A stretch of DNA of 63,606 bases, the filler included, from a bacterium (lineage in GTDB: Bacteria; JAMORN01), in NCBI GenBank assembly GCA_027063545.1. It is 15 parts of 15 records of this genome, joined end to end, with 100 filler letters (N's around TTAATTAATTAA, not from the genome) between each part and the next. Parts side by side here need not be neighbours in the genome. Positions count along the whole stretch, not along the records: positions 26,143 to 30,408 come from JAMORN010000227.1; positions 30,509 to 34,761 come from JAMORN010000228.1; positions 34,862 to 39,109 come from JAMORN010000229.1; positions 39,210 to 43,412 come from JAMORN010000230.1; 11 more parts are not named here. One strand, written 5' to 3'. The position numbers and the translations under genes were made by a program. Positions 29,446-39,801 of the stretch are shown here, one piece after another. Every line of letters starts with the position of its first letter. Position 1 is the stretch's first letter. The notes beneath the pieces are model-generated. The model had not been told where the DNA came from. It did not search any database and saw only the letters and a list, made by a program, of their open reading frames with translations.

Positions 29446-30408
29446 TAATTTTCCTGATTAAAATATTTTTCTATAATATCTCTATCTATCAAAGGATTTA
29501 TTTTAATAATATTTTTTATGCTCTCCATATTATAAACCTTTACTTTAAATGTTAATGATAAATTTTTAACTTCAAAGTCTGTAAGTTCATCATTGTTATT
29601 TTTAGAAGAATCTTGATCTTTTAGTTGATAAAAAACTTCTAATATATCATTTAATTTTTTAATAAAAATATCTACTAAATAAGGATCAAATTGAGTACCT
29701 TTGTTTTCTTTGAAATATGTAATTGTTTCATCTAAGCTCCAAGCATTTTTATAAACCCTTTTACTCATTAAAGCATCAAAAACATCTGCAATAGCAACAA
29801 TTCTTCCTTGAATAGGAATATCTTTTTCTTTTAAACCAATAGGATAACCTTTACCATCCCATCTTTCATGGTGCGTTAAAGCAACTATTTGAGCATAGAA
29901 ATCAAGTTCATTATTACCTCTTGCAAATATTTCAGCTCCTATTATTGTATGTAATTGCATTACAGCTCTTTCCTCATCAGTTAATCTTCCAGGTTTTAAC
30001 AGGATTGTATCACTAATTCCAACTTTCCCAATATCATGCATAGGTGCTGTAATATAAAGATACTCAAGCTCTCTTTTATCTAACCCAAAGTTTTCCCCTA
30101 TAATTTTAGAATATTCCCCAACACGTCTTATATGATTAAATGTTTCGTTATCTCTAAATTCAGCAATTGTCCCCAATCTATATAAAGATTCTATGTATGA
30201 CTTCATTAATCTTTCATGGAGCATAGAATTTTCTATATTAATAGCGATTATAGTTGATATAGTATCTAATAAACTTAAATCTTCAACATTGTATTTTTTA
30301 AATGTTCCATCATGATTTTTAACATTTATAAGCTGAATAACTCCTATTATGATTCCTTTTCTATCTTTTAGAGGAATCACTATTGTATTAACAGTCTTAT
30401 ACCCATAT
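29442..30408 (-). CDS. GAF + HD-GYP phosphodiesterase (5'-truncated)
   Basis: GAF tail IIGVIQLIN; MHDIGK, HHERWDGKGYP, ADVFDAL, GTQFDP. Confidence 0.92.
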
Positions 30409-30508
30409 NNNNNNNNNNNNNNNNNNNNNNNNNNNNNNNNNNNNNNNNNNNNTTAATTAATTAANNNNNNNNNNNNNNNNNNNNNNNNNNNNNNNNNNNN
30501 NNNNNNNN

Positions 30509-31614
30509 TCATCTTTATTGAGAGCACCAGGTTTATTTAAAATATATCCTGGAATTCCGATTTTACCTATATCATGTAAAAGAGCAGCATTTTTTATTGA
30601 TTCTGTTTCTTGAGGATTAAGACCTATTATTTTACATAATTTTTCAGCATATCTAGATACGTTTTCACTATGGGTATGAGTATATTCATCTTTTGCATCA
30701 ACTGCAATAGCTAAAGCCTTAACGGTTTTTAAATAATTTTCTTTGATATTTTCATACATTAATATAAGATTAATATGAGAATATAATGTATATGTGCTTT
30801 GTTCTAAATATTTTTTTTCATGACTTTTTAGTTTTGTATTTGTATATAAAGCTAGAAAAGTGAATTGTTGAACAAAGAAGTCTTCTATAATTGTATAAAT
30901 ATTTTTAATATTTCCAGATATAATATTATCATGAAATAGAGGAAAAAACTTTATAGATTTTCTTATTAATTTGATATTTTTATTTTCAAATTGTTTTACA
31001 ATTTCGTTTTTAATTTTTTGTTTAATTTCTTCATCTATATTAAAATAGGTTCCTATATATATATTTAATTTTCTTCTAGAATCATTATATGCTATTGCTA
31101 TTATAGGAATATTATATGTTTCATAAAAAAAATGTGTGGAAAATTTTATTATCTGTTCTATATTATTTTTAGTTTTTATCTCTTTTGAATAGTCTAAAAT
31201 TTTTTCTAATATTTCCCTTTTTTGTTTTTCTTTTTTATACTTATAATAATAAAAAAATATTTTTTCACAATTTTCTTTAATAAATTTTAGATGTTTTTTG
31301 TACACTTTACCTTTAGAAATAAAAATAATACCACCGATTTTTTTGTTATTTATAGAAAAAATAAAGATAATAACTTTATGAGAATTATCTATTCTATGAA
31401 TATATATATCTTCATCTTTTTCAATAATTCTCTTTATAAACTCTTTATCTATTTTTAAATTATCCAATAAACTATTGGTATTTTTATAGGTTTTTGAAAA
31501 CTTATAACACTTAATACTGTTATCTACCATTAAAAAACCTTTACCTTCTAAAATAGGTAAACTCTCTTGAATATAAGGAAGAATTATGCTATATACTTTT
31601 TTAACATTTTCCAT
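30509..31614 (-). CDS. GAF-like + HD-GYP protein (3'-truncated)
   Basis: AVDAKDEYTHTHSENV, LLHDIGKIGIP..ILNKPG before the spacer. Confidence 0.85.
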
Positions 31615-31663
31615 ATCTAATATTTAATTATAATTTTTTTTCTCTAAACAACCAAAAAAAATA

Positions 31664-31691
31664 TTGACAAAGTAGTAAAACTTTATATAAT
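31664..31691 (+). promoter_or_regulatory. Sigma70-type promoter for hup
   Basis: TTGACA (31664-69), 16 bp, TATAAT (31686-91); both hexamers match consensus exactly. Confidence 0.75.
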
Positions 31692-31756
31692 TTTTTTAAG
31701 AAGCTTTAAATAACAGGAAAAGTTTAAAAAAATAACCTTAAAAGGAGGATAGAAAA

Positions 31757-32053
31757 ATGTCAAAGGTAGTATCAAAAAGCCAATTAATTGATCAAGTAGC
31801 TAAGGCTTTAAAGGATGATAAGATTAAAAAAGTACAAGTAGAAAAGGTTGTAAATGTTTTATTAGATGAAATTAAAGAAGCTTTAAAAGCTGGTAATGAT
31901 GTAAGAATTTTAGGATTTGGTTCTTTTAAAGTAGTTGAAAGAAAAGAAAGAAAAGGTAGAATTCCAGGGAAACCAGGTTCTGAAATTATAATACCAGCAA
32001 GAAAAGTTGTTAAATTTACACCAGGAAGTGCTTTAAAAGAAGAAATTAAATAA
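31757..32053 (+). CDS. hup: DNA-binding protein HU
   Basis: SKSQLIDQVA, GFGSFKVVERKERKGR.PG, VKFTPGSALK; AGGAGG RBS. Confidence 0.93.
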   Translation: MSKVVSKSQLIDQVAKALKDDKIKKVQVEKVVNVLLDEIKEALKAGNDVRILGFGSFKVVERKERKGRIPGKPGSEIIIPARKVVKFTPGSALKEEIK

Positions 32054-32113
32054 TAACTTATTGATTTAGTTTATCTAAAAAATTATTTTTCCTTAGGGTT
32101 TGTAAGATTGGTT

Positions 32114-32150
32114 AAGGATAGCCTCGTGTAAAAGGAGGCTATCCTTTTTT
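32114..32150 (+). terminator. Intrinsic terminator after hup
   Basis: 12-bp inverted repeat AAGGATAGCCTC / GAGGCTATCCTT plus a T-tract. Confidence 0.85.
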
Positions 32151-32187
32151 ATTTTTTATAATAACCTGTAATAAATGGGAGTCAGAA

Positions 32188-33456
32188 TTGGGTGTAAAAG
32201 TAGCTCTAGGTATTCAATGGGGAGATGAAGGTAAGGCAAAGATAGTAGATTATTTAAGTTCAGAAAGTGATTTGGTAGTTAGATTTCAGGGTGGGGCTAA
32301 TGCTGGTCATACGGTAATAGTTGGAGATGAAAAGTTTATTCTGCATCTTATTCCTTCAGGTATTATTTACAATAAAGATGTTTTAATAGGTTCAGGGGTT
32401 GTTGCCGATTTAAAGTCTTTGACAGAAGAGATGGAATATTTAAAAAATAAAGGTATTGATATATCAAAAATTTATATAGATAAAAGGGTTCATCTAGTAT
32501 TACCTTATCATAAAATTTTAGATGGATTAAAGGAAAGTAAGAATAAAAATTCTAGCATAGGTACTACAAAACGAGGAATAGGCCCAGCTTATAGTGATAA
32601 GGCTTCTCGAGTAGGAATAAGATTATATGATTTATTTGATAGAACTTATGTTGAAGAAAAGGTAAAGGAGATATTAGAGGAAAAGAATTTTATAATAAAA
32701 AATTTTTACAATTTTCAACCTTTAGATTTTAATGAATTAATGGATGAGTTATATTATTATTTTGATATAATAAAAGAGCATATTGTTGATGAGATTGAGA
32801 TAATAGATAGATATTTATATGATAATAAGAATATTCTTTTAGAAGGTGCTCAAGGTACAATGTTGGATATAGATTTTGGAACATATCCTTTTGTAACTTC
32901 TTCTAATACAATTTCAGGTTATACCACTATAGGAGCTGCTATTCCTTTGAAGAGTATTAATGAAATAATAGGTATTATGAAAGCTTATACAACAAGAGTG
33001 GGTAATGGGCCTTTCCCAACAGAAGATACAGAGGAAATAGGTGAGTTTTTAAGGAATAAAGGTAATGAATATGGAGCTACAACAGGTAGGCCTAGAAGAT
33101 GTGGATGGCTTGATTTAAAGGCTGTAAAATATGCAGTGAGATTAAATAATATAACATCTATAGCACTTACAAAGATAGATGTTCTTACTGGATTAGATAA
33201 AATAAAAATAGCAGTTGATTATAAAATAGATGGAGAGTCTGTATATTCATATCCTGTATCTGAATTAGAATATAGAAAAATTGAATTAGAGTATATAGAA
33301 TTAGATGGATGGAATGAAGATATTTCTTATATAAAAAGTTTTGATGATTTGCCCAAAAATACACAAAAATTTATTAAATTTATAGAAGATTATTTAAATG
33401 TACCGATAAATATAATTTCTGTTGGGCCGTTGAGACGCCAAACTTTTATAAAATGA
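32188..33456 (+). CDS. purA: Adenylosuccinate synthetase
   Basis: QWGDEGKAK, GGANAGHT, GTTKRGIGPAY, EGAQG, EYGATTGRPRRCGW. Confidence 0.97.
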   Translation: MGVKVALGIQWGDEGKAKIVDYLSSESDLVVRFQGGANAGHTVIVGDEKFILHLIPSGIIYNKDVLIGSGVVADLKSLTEEMEYLKNKGIDISKIYIDKRVHLVLPYHKILDGLKESKNKNSSIGTTKRGIGPAYSDKASRVGIRLYDLFDRTYVEEKVKEILEEKNFIIKNFYNFQPLDFNELMDELYYYFDIIKEHIVDEIEIIDRYLYDNKNILLEGAQGTMLDIDFGTYPFVTSSNTISGYTTIGAAIPLKSINEIIGIMKAYTTRVGNGPFPTEDTEEIGEFLRNKGNEYGATTGRPRRCGWLDLKAVKYAVRLNNITSIALTKIDVLTGLDKIKIAVDYKIDGESVYSYPVSELEYRKIELEYIELDGWNEDISYIKSFDDLPKNTQKFIKFIEDYLNVPINIISVGPLRRQTFIK

Positions 33457-34173
33457 AAAATTTACTATCTTACTATTTTTTTGTTATATAATATCATATA
33501 TTCTAGAGAAATCTGGTATTTTGATAATATCATATCTCCTTAGTTATCAAAGGGATTTTCAAATCCAATGGTTGGTATAAAGTATAATTTACTTTATGAT
33601 TCTACAGAAGCATATCAAATATATTTAACATTATATTCTAATCTATATCACAGGTGATATTCAAGTTTCTACAAGACATAATGATTATGATATAGGGGCT
33701 TTTTTCTCTATTTTTTGCTTGTTAATAAATGCAGGATATGAGATAAATATAGGAGGATACTATTGGGATGATAATGATTCTTTAAATACAATGATATATA
33801 ATTCTAATTGGTACGATTTATCTAAAGAAGATCAATATGTATTAGGAACAAAGTATTTATGGGATCACCATAAAGATGAATATGATGATCGATTTGATAG
33901 AATAGATTATTATTATATAAGAATTATTATTATATAAGAATAGCTTTTTTTAAAGTAGGTACAGGAACCAGAAATGGATGTTTTTATAGTTATTTAGATT
34001 TAACTTCTTCTGGGAAAAATATATAGAAGGTTGGAGTTAATTCAATAAATATTCCACTGGAGAGTAAGGAAAGAACATCTGTATTAATCAATTTTTACGG
34101 TGGAATAGGATTTAGCTCTCAAGCAAGTCCTTATTCTTTAATGGGAATAAAATTTGTTTTCTTAAATCTATAG
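33453..34173 (+). pseudogene. Multiply disrupted gene for a secreted/outer-membrane protein, paralog of 34297
   Basis: ATGA-coupled to purA. Frameshift in the A-run at 33456-60, TAG at 33541, frameshift near 33650, 17-bp duplication at 33906-39, TAG at 34024. GFSNPMVGIKYNL resembles GLYNPILGVKWDI of the neighbour. Confidence 0.65.
33906..33939 (+). repeat. Perfect 17-bp tandem duplication (ATTATTATTATATAAGA x2)
   Basis: Read directly; removing one unit joins the 33719 frame to the downstream frame. Confidence 0.9.
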
Positions 34174-34296
34174 TGTAAACTTCTCAATAATTAACTATCT
34201 CCTTGATTTATATGTATTTTTATTTTATTTTTATCATAGCTAAACGCTTAAATAATTCTAAATTACAGGATAAATCTCATAAACGGAGGAAGAAGA

Positions 34297-34761
34297 ATGA
34301 AATTCAAAAGATTTTATTTATTTCTTTTTTTATTTATATTAAATTCTTCAATTTTTTCATCTTATATAGGTTCATATGACTTTTTAGTTGATCCTAAATC
34401 ATTGCCCCAAGGTGCATGGCAACTGGAAGGTTTAGCAAGATATAGTACTGCTGTTGTTCCATTAAATCAGGATGAATGGGATAATTTTAAGAAAGCTCAA
34501 CTTATAGATCTATGGGGTACATACAGAATTGGTTTGAAAAATGGTGTAGAATTTAATGCAACTCTTCCACTCAGGTATTATTGGCAGAGATACTATTTTG
34601 ACAACGGAGAAGGTGATCCAGAGAAAAATAGAATATCTTTTGGTTTATATAATCCTATTTTAGGGGTAAAATGGGATATTGGCCAGAAAATATCATCTCC
34701 AGATATAGGAATGGCATTATTTTTTGATTTGTATTTATTTATGGGAAGCTATCAGTTATCA
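34297..34761 (+). CDS. Secreted, probable outer-membrane beta-barrel protein (3'-truncated)
   Basis: Signal peptide MKFKRFYLFLFLFILNSSIFS; alternating strands YRIGLKNGVEFNATLP and GLYNPILGVKW; GGAGGA RBS. Confidence 0.6.
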
Positions 34762-34861
34762 NNNNNNNNNNNNNNNNNNNNNNNNNNNNNNNNNNNNNNN
34801 NNNNNTTAATTAATTAANNNNNNNNNNNNNNNNNNNNNNNNNNNNNNNNNNNNNNNNNNNN

Positions 34862-35594
34862 CATAATTATAGGAGCCTACAACTACCGAATCATTTACTG
34901 TTGAATCTATAAATTCATGGCCTATCATAAGATAAGGAGAAGTTAATACATAAGGAATAAATGAAATAACAGAGCTATAAAAGTAAATAAAATTGGAATC
35001 ATAAGAAGAAAATATAAAACTTAAAGTATCTATTGTATTAAAATTATTCAAAATCGTACTATCTTCCACTTTATATTCCACTTTATAAATATAAGGTAAA
35101 GAATCAAAATAAGAAAGTCTTATTATAGATAAGATAGAATCAGATAAACTATCTGGAAGTATATAAGGGTCATTTAAATTAATAGAATCTACTATAAACT
35201 TTCTTGCTTTTAAATTAATATTTGTATTTTCTTCATATACATTAATAGAATCTGGTAAATTATTCAAAAACTTTCTGTCAAAATAAAAAACAAAACCCAT
35301 ATCTTTTATGTTATATATGCTATCTTTTATTACAATCATTTTAAAACTATAACTAACATCCTGCCTTTTACCTAAAACTAATATATAACTATTTATTGTT
35401 GTATCACTATGCTTTGTATATAAAATAAAATCTTTATTTTGAATTAAATACACTGATGTATCTCTAAAGTAAGATATATAAGAGGTATTTAAAGAGTTTA
35501 TAGATGTATTTATATAATTATCATCCGCGCAACTTGTGAGTAGTAAAAACAATAAGAATATTAATAATAAATATTTAACTTTATCTACTATCAT
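34862..35594 (-). CDS. Hypothetical lipoprotein (3'-truncated)
   Basis: Lipobox LTSC after a hydrophobic stretch. Confidence 0.65.
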
Positions 35595-35703
35595 AACTAA
35601 TATAATTTTTAAATATTTAAAAAAATTCTTGATTTTATTTAGATTATAAAATAATTTTTTTTCAACTATAAAAAAAATTTTTCTTATTTTATTAGGTGAG
35701 CCA

Positions 35704-37149
35704 ATGTTAAATATTGCTATAATAGATGATGAAATTGGTATTTTAGAGGTCTTAAAAGAATTTATTCAACATGAATATCCTGAGATTAATGTTTATACTT
35801 TTGATCATCCTGAAAAATTTTATGAGATAGCTTCTCAGGTAAAATTTGATCTAGTTTTTCTTGATATAAGATTTGGAAAAGAAGAAAATTTAGGTATAAA
35901 AGTTTTAAAAACAATAAAAAATAAAAATCCTGATATTCAAGTTGTTATAATGACAGCTTATCCTAATTTAGAAACAGCAATACAATCAATAGAATTTAAT
36001 GCATTAGGTTATCTAAAAAAACCTATAGATTTAAATGTTATAAAAGAATATATAGATAAAGTAAAAAGTTATAAAAAAGTGATAAGTTTAATAAATATTA
36101 ATACCATAAATTTAGATTATATTCTTGAAAAAGAAGAAAACTTACCTATGGCGTTATTTGCTTTTTTAGCTTCCTTGAGAGAATATATAACTATTGAAGA
36201 TCTAGTAATAAAAATCTTTGATTTTATCCAAAAAATAACCAAAAATTCTGTTCTATCATTAATAATCCATTGGGAAAATATAAATTATATGTTTCTTTAT
36301 GGAATAAAAAAACAAAAATTTTCTATAATTAAAAAGAAAATAGATGAAGTTATTGACACATGGAGTAAAAATTCTAACGATAATTCCATAAAAGATGTAT
36401 TAAAAGAAAAAATATTCCTAGAATCACCGATATATGTAGGAGATCTTTCTTCAGATAAAATTCATAATATAAATATTCCTCTTATTACCCCCAATAATAA
36501 CGGAGCTCTAGGATATCTTGTTGTATTTTCTGGAAAACCTATTGCTTCAAAACATAAAGATATATTATTTATGATTGGTGAACTTATAACCCCTATAATC
36601 CTAAATGCTCTCTTATATAAAAAACTACAGATAATTTCTTTAACTGATCCTCTTACAAAAATATATAATCACACTGCTATTTTAAACATACTGGAAAGGG
36701 AATTGGAAAGATTAGAAAGGTATAATGGTGCCATAGCTGTAGCTATGATTGATATAGATAACTTTAAAAAATTAAATGACACATATGGACATTTATTCGG
36801 TGATCAAGTTTTAATAGAAGTAGCAAATACACTAAAGGCTAGCATTAGAAAAACAGATCATGTTGGAAGATATGGTGGGGAAGAATTTTTAGTTATATTA
36901 TATGGAAAGAAAAACTCATTTACCAGAGATGTTGCTCATAAAGTTTTAGAGAGACTAAGAGAAAACGTTGCCAATCTCAAATTTTACACCTTTCATCAAG
37001 TAAAAGTTACTATATCTGTAGGGTATACATTTATAGATAATAAAACAAAAACAAACAATATCTCTCAAATAATTAAAACAGCCGACAAAGCTCTATATGA
37101 AGCAAAAAATACAGGAAAAAATAAGGTTATTTATTATAAATTTTCTTAA
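35704..37149 (+). CDS. Response-regulator diguanylate cyclase (REC-GAF-like-GGDEF)
   Basis: REC (IIDDE, FLDIR, TAY, KP), TDPLT, DIDNFK..ND.YGH..GD, I-site RKTD, intact GGEEF. Confidence 0.94.
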   Translation: MLNIAIIDDEIGILEVLKEFIQHEYPEINVYTFDHPEKFYEIASQVKFDLVFLDIRFGKEENLGIKVLKTIKNKNPDIQVVIMTAYPNLETAIQSIEFNALGYLKKPIDLNVIKEYIDKVKSYKKVISLININTINLDYILEKEENLPMALFAFLASLREYITIEDLVIKIFDFIQKITKNSVLSLIIHWENINYMFLYGIKKQKFSIIKKKIDEVIDTWSKNSNDNSIKDVLKEKIFLESPIYVGDLSSDKIHNINIPLITPNNNGALGYLVVFSGKPIASKHKDILFMIGELITPIILNALLYKKLQIISLTDPLTKIYNHTAILNILERELERLERYNGAIAVAMIDIDNFKKLNDTYGHLFGDQVLIEVANTLKASIRKTDHVGRYGGEEFLVILYGKKNSFTRDVAHKVLERLRENVANLKFYTFHQVKVTISVGYTFIDNKTKTNNISQIIKTADKALYEAKNTGKNKVIYYKFS

Positions 37150-39109
37150 ACTCTTCAGCTATATTCTCATGGGTAAATCCATAAATACCGGCCATTTTCT
37201 TATAATTTGCACTAACACCAAATCTATCAACACCAATAATCTTACCATCAAGACCTACATACTTATACCACATAATACTTCTAGATGCCTCTACAGCTAA
37301 TCTTACTCTTATGTTAGAAGGTAAAACAGATTCTTTATATTCCTCACATTGTTCATCAAAAACTTCCATAGATACCATGTTAACAACCCTAACATTTATT
37401 CCTTCTTCTTTTAATTTTAATGCGGCCATTATAGAAGGATATACCTCAGAACCTGATGCTATTATTATACCATCTAAAGTCTTTCCTTCATCCTCTTTTA
37501 AAATTATATAACCTCCCTTTAAAGCCTCTTTATATGAGGCTAAATTATATTTTTCCCTATTTAATATAGGTACATTCTGTCTTGTTGTAATAATTAATGT
37601 AGGTCTATTTCTTGTTTTTATCCCATAATACATACAAACTAAAGTTTCATTATAATCTGCGGGTCTAAATACCTGAATATTAGGTATTAATCTAAACTGA
37701 TGAATATGTTCTACTGGTTGATGACTTGGCCCATCCTCACCAACATAAACAGAGTCATGGGAAAAATAAAACTGAACTCCTAAATTCATCATTGATGTCA
37801 TTCTAACTGCTGGTATTAGATAATTAGTAAAAACAAAAAATGTTCCTCCAAATGTTAAAAAGCCTCCATAAAGCTCTATCCCATTTAATATGGCAGCCAT
37901 TGCATGCTCTCTTATCCCAAACTGAATATATCTTGCTCTAAAATTATCTTTTGCTAATATTGGTTCATTATCAAAAATAGCTCCTGAAGAAGATCCTAAA
38001 TCTGCCGCTCCGCCTACTAAATTTTTTATCTTTTCTTTAAAGATTGATAACCCATATTTTATAGCCCTTCTCGTTGCTATTTCTTTTTCTTCTTTTATAT
38101 ACTCAAAATCATCAAGGCTTATATCGTCTAAATATTTATTAGAGTAAAAATCATTCCATAATCTCCTTAACTCTGGATATTTCTCCGACCATTCATTAAA
38201 CATCTTTTCCCATTTTTTATATTCCTCATCCCAAATATTTCTTCTCTCCTCAAAAAAATCATAAGCCTCTTTAGCTATATAAAAATCCTCTTTTATACCA
38301 AGCTTTTCTTTGGTTAATTTTATATCCTCCTCTCCTAAAGGAGCTCCATGGGAAGCTGGAGATCCCTCTTTAGAAGCAGAATATTTTCCTATTGTTGTAT
38401 GAAGTATTATTAAATGAGGCTTACCTTTTACTTCTAAAGCTTTATTATAAGTCTCTATAATAGCATCATAATTATATCCGTCTGCTTCATCCACATACCA
38501 CCCCTGAGATTCAAACCTCTTTTTTATATCTTCTGTAAAAGTTATATCTGTAGACCCTTCTATAGTAATTCTATTTGAATCATAAAAAACAAATAAATTA
38601 TCTAGTCCTAAATGCCCAGCTAAAGAAGAAGCTTCATATACAACTCCTTCCATCATATCGCCATCACCAGCTATAACAAAAATTTTATTATCTACAATTT
38701 TATAATCATCTCTATTAAATATCTCTGCTTGCATTTTTGAGGCTATAGCCATACCGACAGCATTAGCAAAACCCTGTCCCAATGGACCTGTAGAAGACTC
38801 TATTCCAAGCTTTTGATCTACTTCTGGATGTCCCGGTGTCTTTGAACCTAGTTGCCTAAAATTTATTAATTCTTCCTTGGATAAATTATAACCAGAAAGA
38901 TGAAGAAGAGTATATAAAAGCATAGAACCATGTCCTGCAGATAATATAAATCTATCTCTATTAGGCCATAAAGGTTGTTTAGGATTTATCTTTATTATTT
39001 TTCCATATAATAATGCTCCAAACTCTGCCAAACCTAACACCATTCCAGGATGTCCAGACTTAGCTCTTTCTATAGCATCCATAGCCATTGTTCTTATAGA
39101 TAATGCTAT
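37127..39109 (-). CDS. tkt: Transketolase (few N-terminal residues missing)
   Basis: SGHPG, NRDRFILSAGHGS, TGPLGQG, GDGDMMEG, FGIREHAM, GEDGPSHQP. Confidence 0.97.
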   Translation of the reverse strand: MALSIRTMAMDAIERAKSGHPGMVLGLAEFGALLYGKIIKINPKQPLWPNRDRFILSAGHGSMLLYTLLHLSGYNLSKEELINFRQLGSKTPGHPEVDQKLGIESSTGPLGQGFANAVGMAIASKMQAEIFNRDDYKIVDNKIFVIAGDGDMMEGVVYEASSLAGHLGLDNLFVFYDSNRITIEGSTDITFTEDIKKRFESQGWYVDEADGYNYDAIIETYNKALEVKGKPHLIILHTTIGKYSASKEGSPASHGAPLGEEDIKLTKEKLGIKEDFYIAKEAYDFFEERRNIWDEEYKKWEKMFNEWSEKYPELRRLWNDFYSNKYLDDISLDDFEYIKEEKEIATRRAIKYGLSIFKEKIKNLVGGAADLGSSSGAIFDNEPILAKDNFRARYIQFGIREHAMAAILNGIELYGGFLTFGGTFFVFTNYLIPAVRMTSMMNLGVQFYFSHDSVYVGEDGPSHQPVEHIHQFRLIPNIQVFRPADYNETLVCMYYGIKTRNRPTLIITTRQNVPILNREKYNLASYKEALKGGYIILKEDEGKTLDGIIIASGSEVYPSIMAALKLKEEGINVRVVNMVSMEVFDEQCEEYKESVLPSNIRVRLAVEASRSIMWYKYVGLDGKIIGVDRFGVSANYKKMAGIYGFTHENIAEEFKKIYNK

Positions 39110-39209
39110 NNNNNNNNNNNNNNNNNNNNNNNNNNNNNNNNNNNNNNNNNNNNTTAATTAATTAANNNNNNNNNNNNNNNNNNNNNNNNNNNNNNNNNNN
39201 NNNNNNNNN

Positions 39210-39728
39210 TTAACAGATTTTTTTAGCCTCTTCTATATGAATTATTTTTATGTAGCAGTTAGTGTTGTGTTATATTTATTAATAAAAAAAGATAAAAAGC
39301 ACCTTAGAGAGGTTCTTTTAGGAACAATTTTAATGTATTATATAGGATATTTTTTATATATTTTATTCCCTGCAGCACCTCCTAGATTAGTACTTCATGA
39401 TAAATTTACCCGAGATTTAACAGGAGGTGTGATAACTCATATTCAAAATAAGATAATAATAGATATGGCATCTTCTCGGGGATCTTTTCCAAGTTTACAT
39501 TGCGGAGTAAGTTTGCTCTCGTTAATTTATTCATATAAATATGCAAGGAAACTTTTTTATTTTTTAATTCTGCCTGTAATAATTTTAGTAATTGCTACAA
39601 TTTATTTAAGACATCATTATACTGTAGATATTATAGCAGGATTTATTTTAGCAATTATTGTTTATAAAATAACTCCTATTATTGACAGAAAATATAAAGA
39701 GTTTCAAAAGAAAATTGAAAACTTATAA
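39210..39728 (+). CDS. PAP2-superfamily Aur1/Ipt1-like lipid phosphotransferase (5'-truncated)
   Basis: FPAAPPR, FPSLHCG and LRHHYTVD motifs with TM helices. Confidence 0.8.
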   Translation, partial: LTDFFSLFYMNYFYVAVSVVLYLLIKKDKKHLREVLLGTILMYYIGYFLYILFPAAPPRLVLHDKFTRDLTGGVITHIQNKIIIDMASSRGSFPSLHCGVSLLSLIYSYKYARKLFYFLILPVIILVIATIYLRHHYTVDIIAGFILAIIVYKITPIIDRKYKEFQKKIENL

Positions 39729-39761
39729 AAAAGTTTATTAATTAAAAATATAAAAAATCAA

Positions 39762-39787
39762 CCTCCTCCCTTAAAAAAGAGAGGAGG
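39762..39787. terminator. Hairpin terminator between convergent PAP2 gene and pfk
   Basis: CCTCCTC-C-CTT / AAG-A-GAGGAGG stem with flanking A/T tracts. Confidence 0.7.
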
Positions 39788-39801
39788 CCTTTTAATTTAT
39801 A

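Noticed and set aside
29442-31614. The two HD-GYP fragments as one gene across the gap
   Set aside because: One breaks inside its HD domain, while the other resumes in a GAF domain and has its own complete HD-GYP; contig order is by length.
32090-32150. Antiterminator or purine riboswitch upstream of purA (TCCTTAG pairing with TTAAGGA)
   Set aside because: The 7-bp alternative is far weaker than the 12-bp terminator and no purine-aptamer consensus is visible; best read as the hup terminator.
33541-34026. Two in-frame TAG codons as amber recoding or pyrrolysine
   Set aside because: TAG terminates ordinary genes here (groES, rplI, rlmH), and the same region also has frameshifts, so pseudogenisation explains it.
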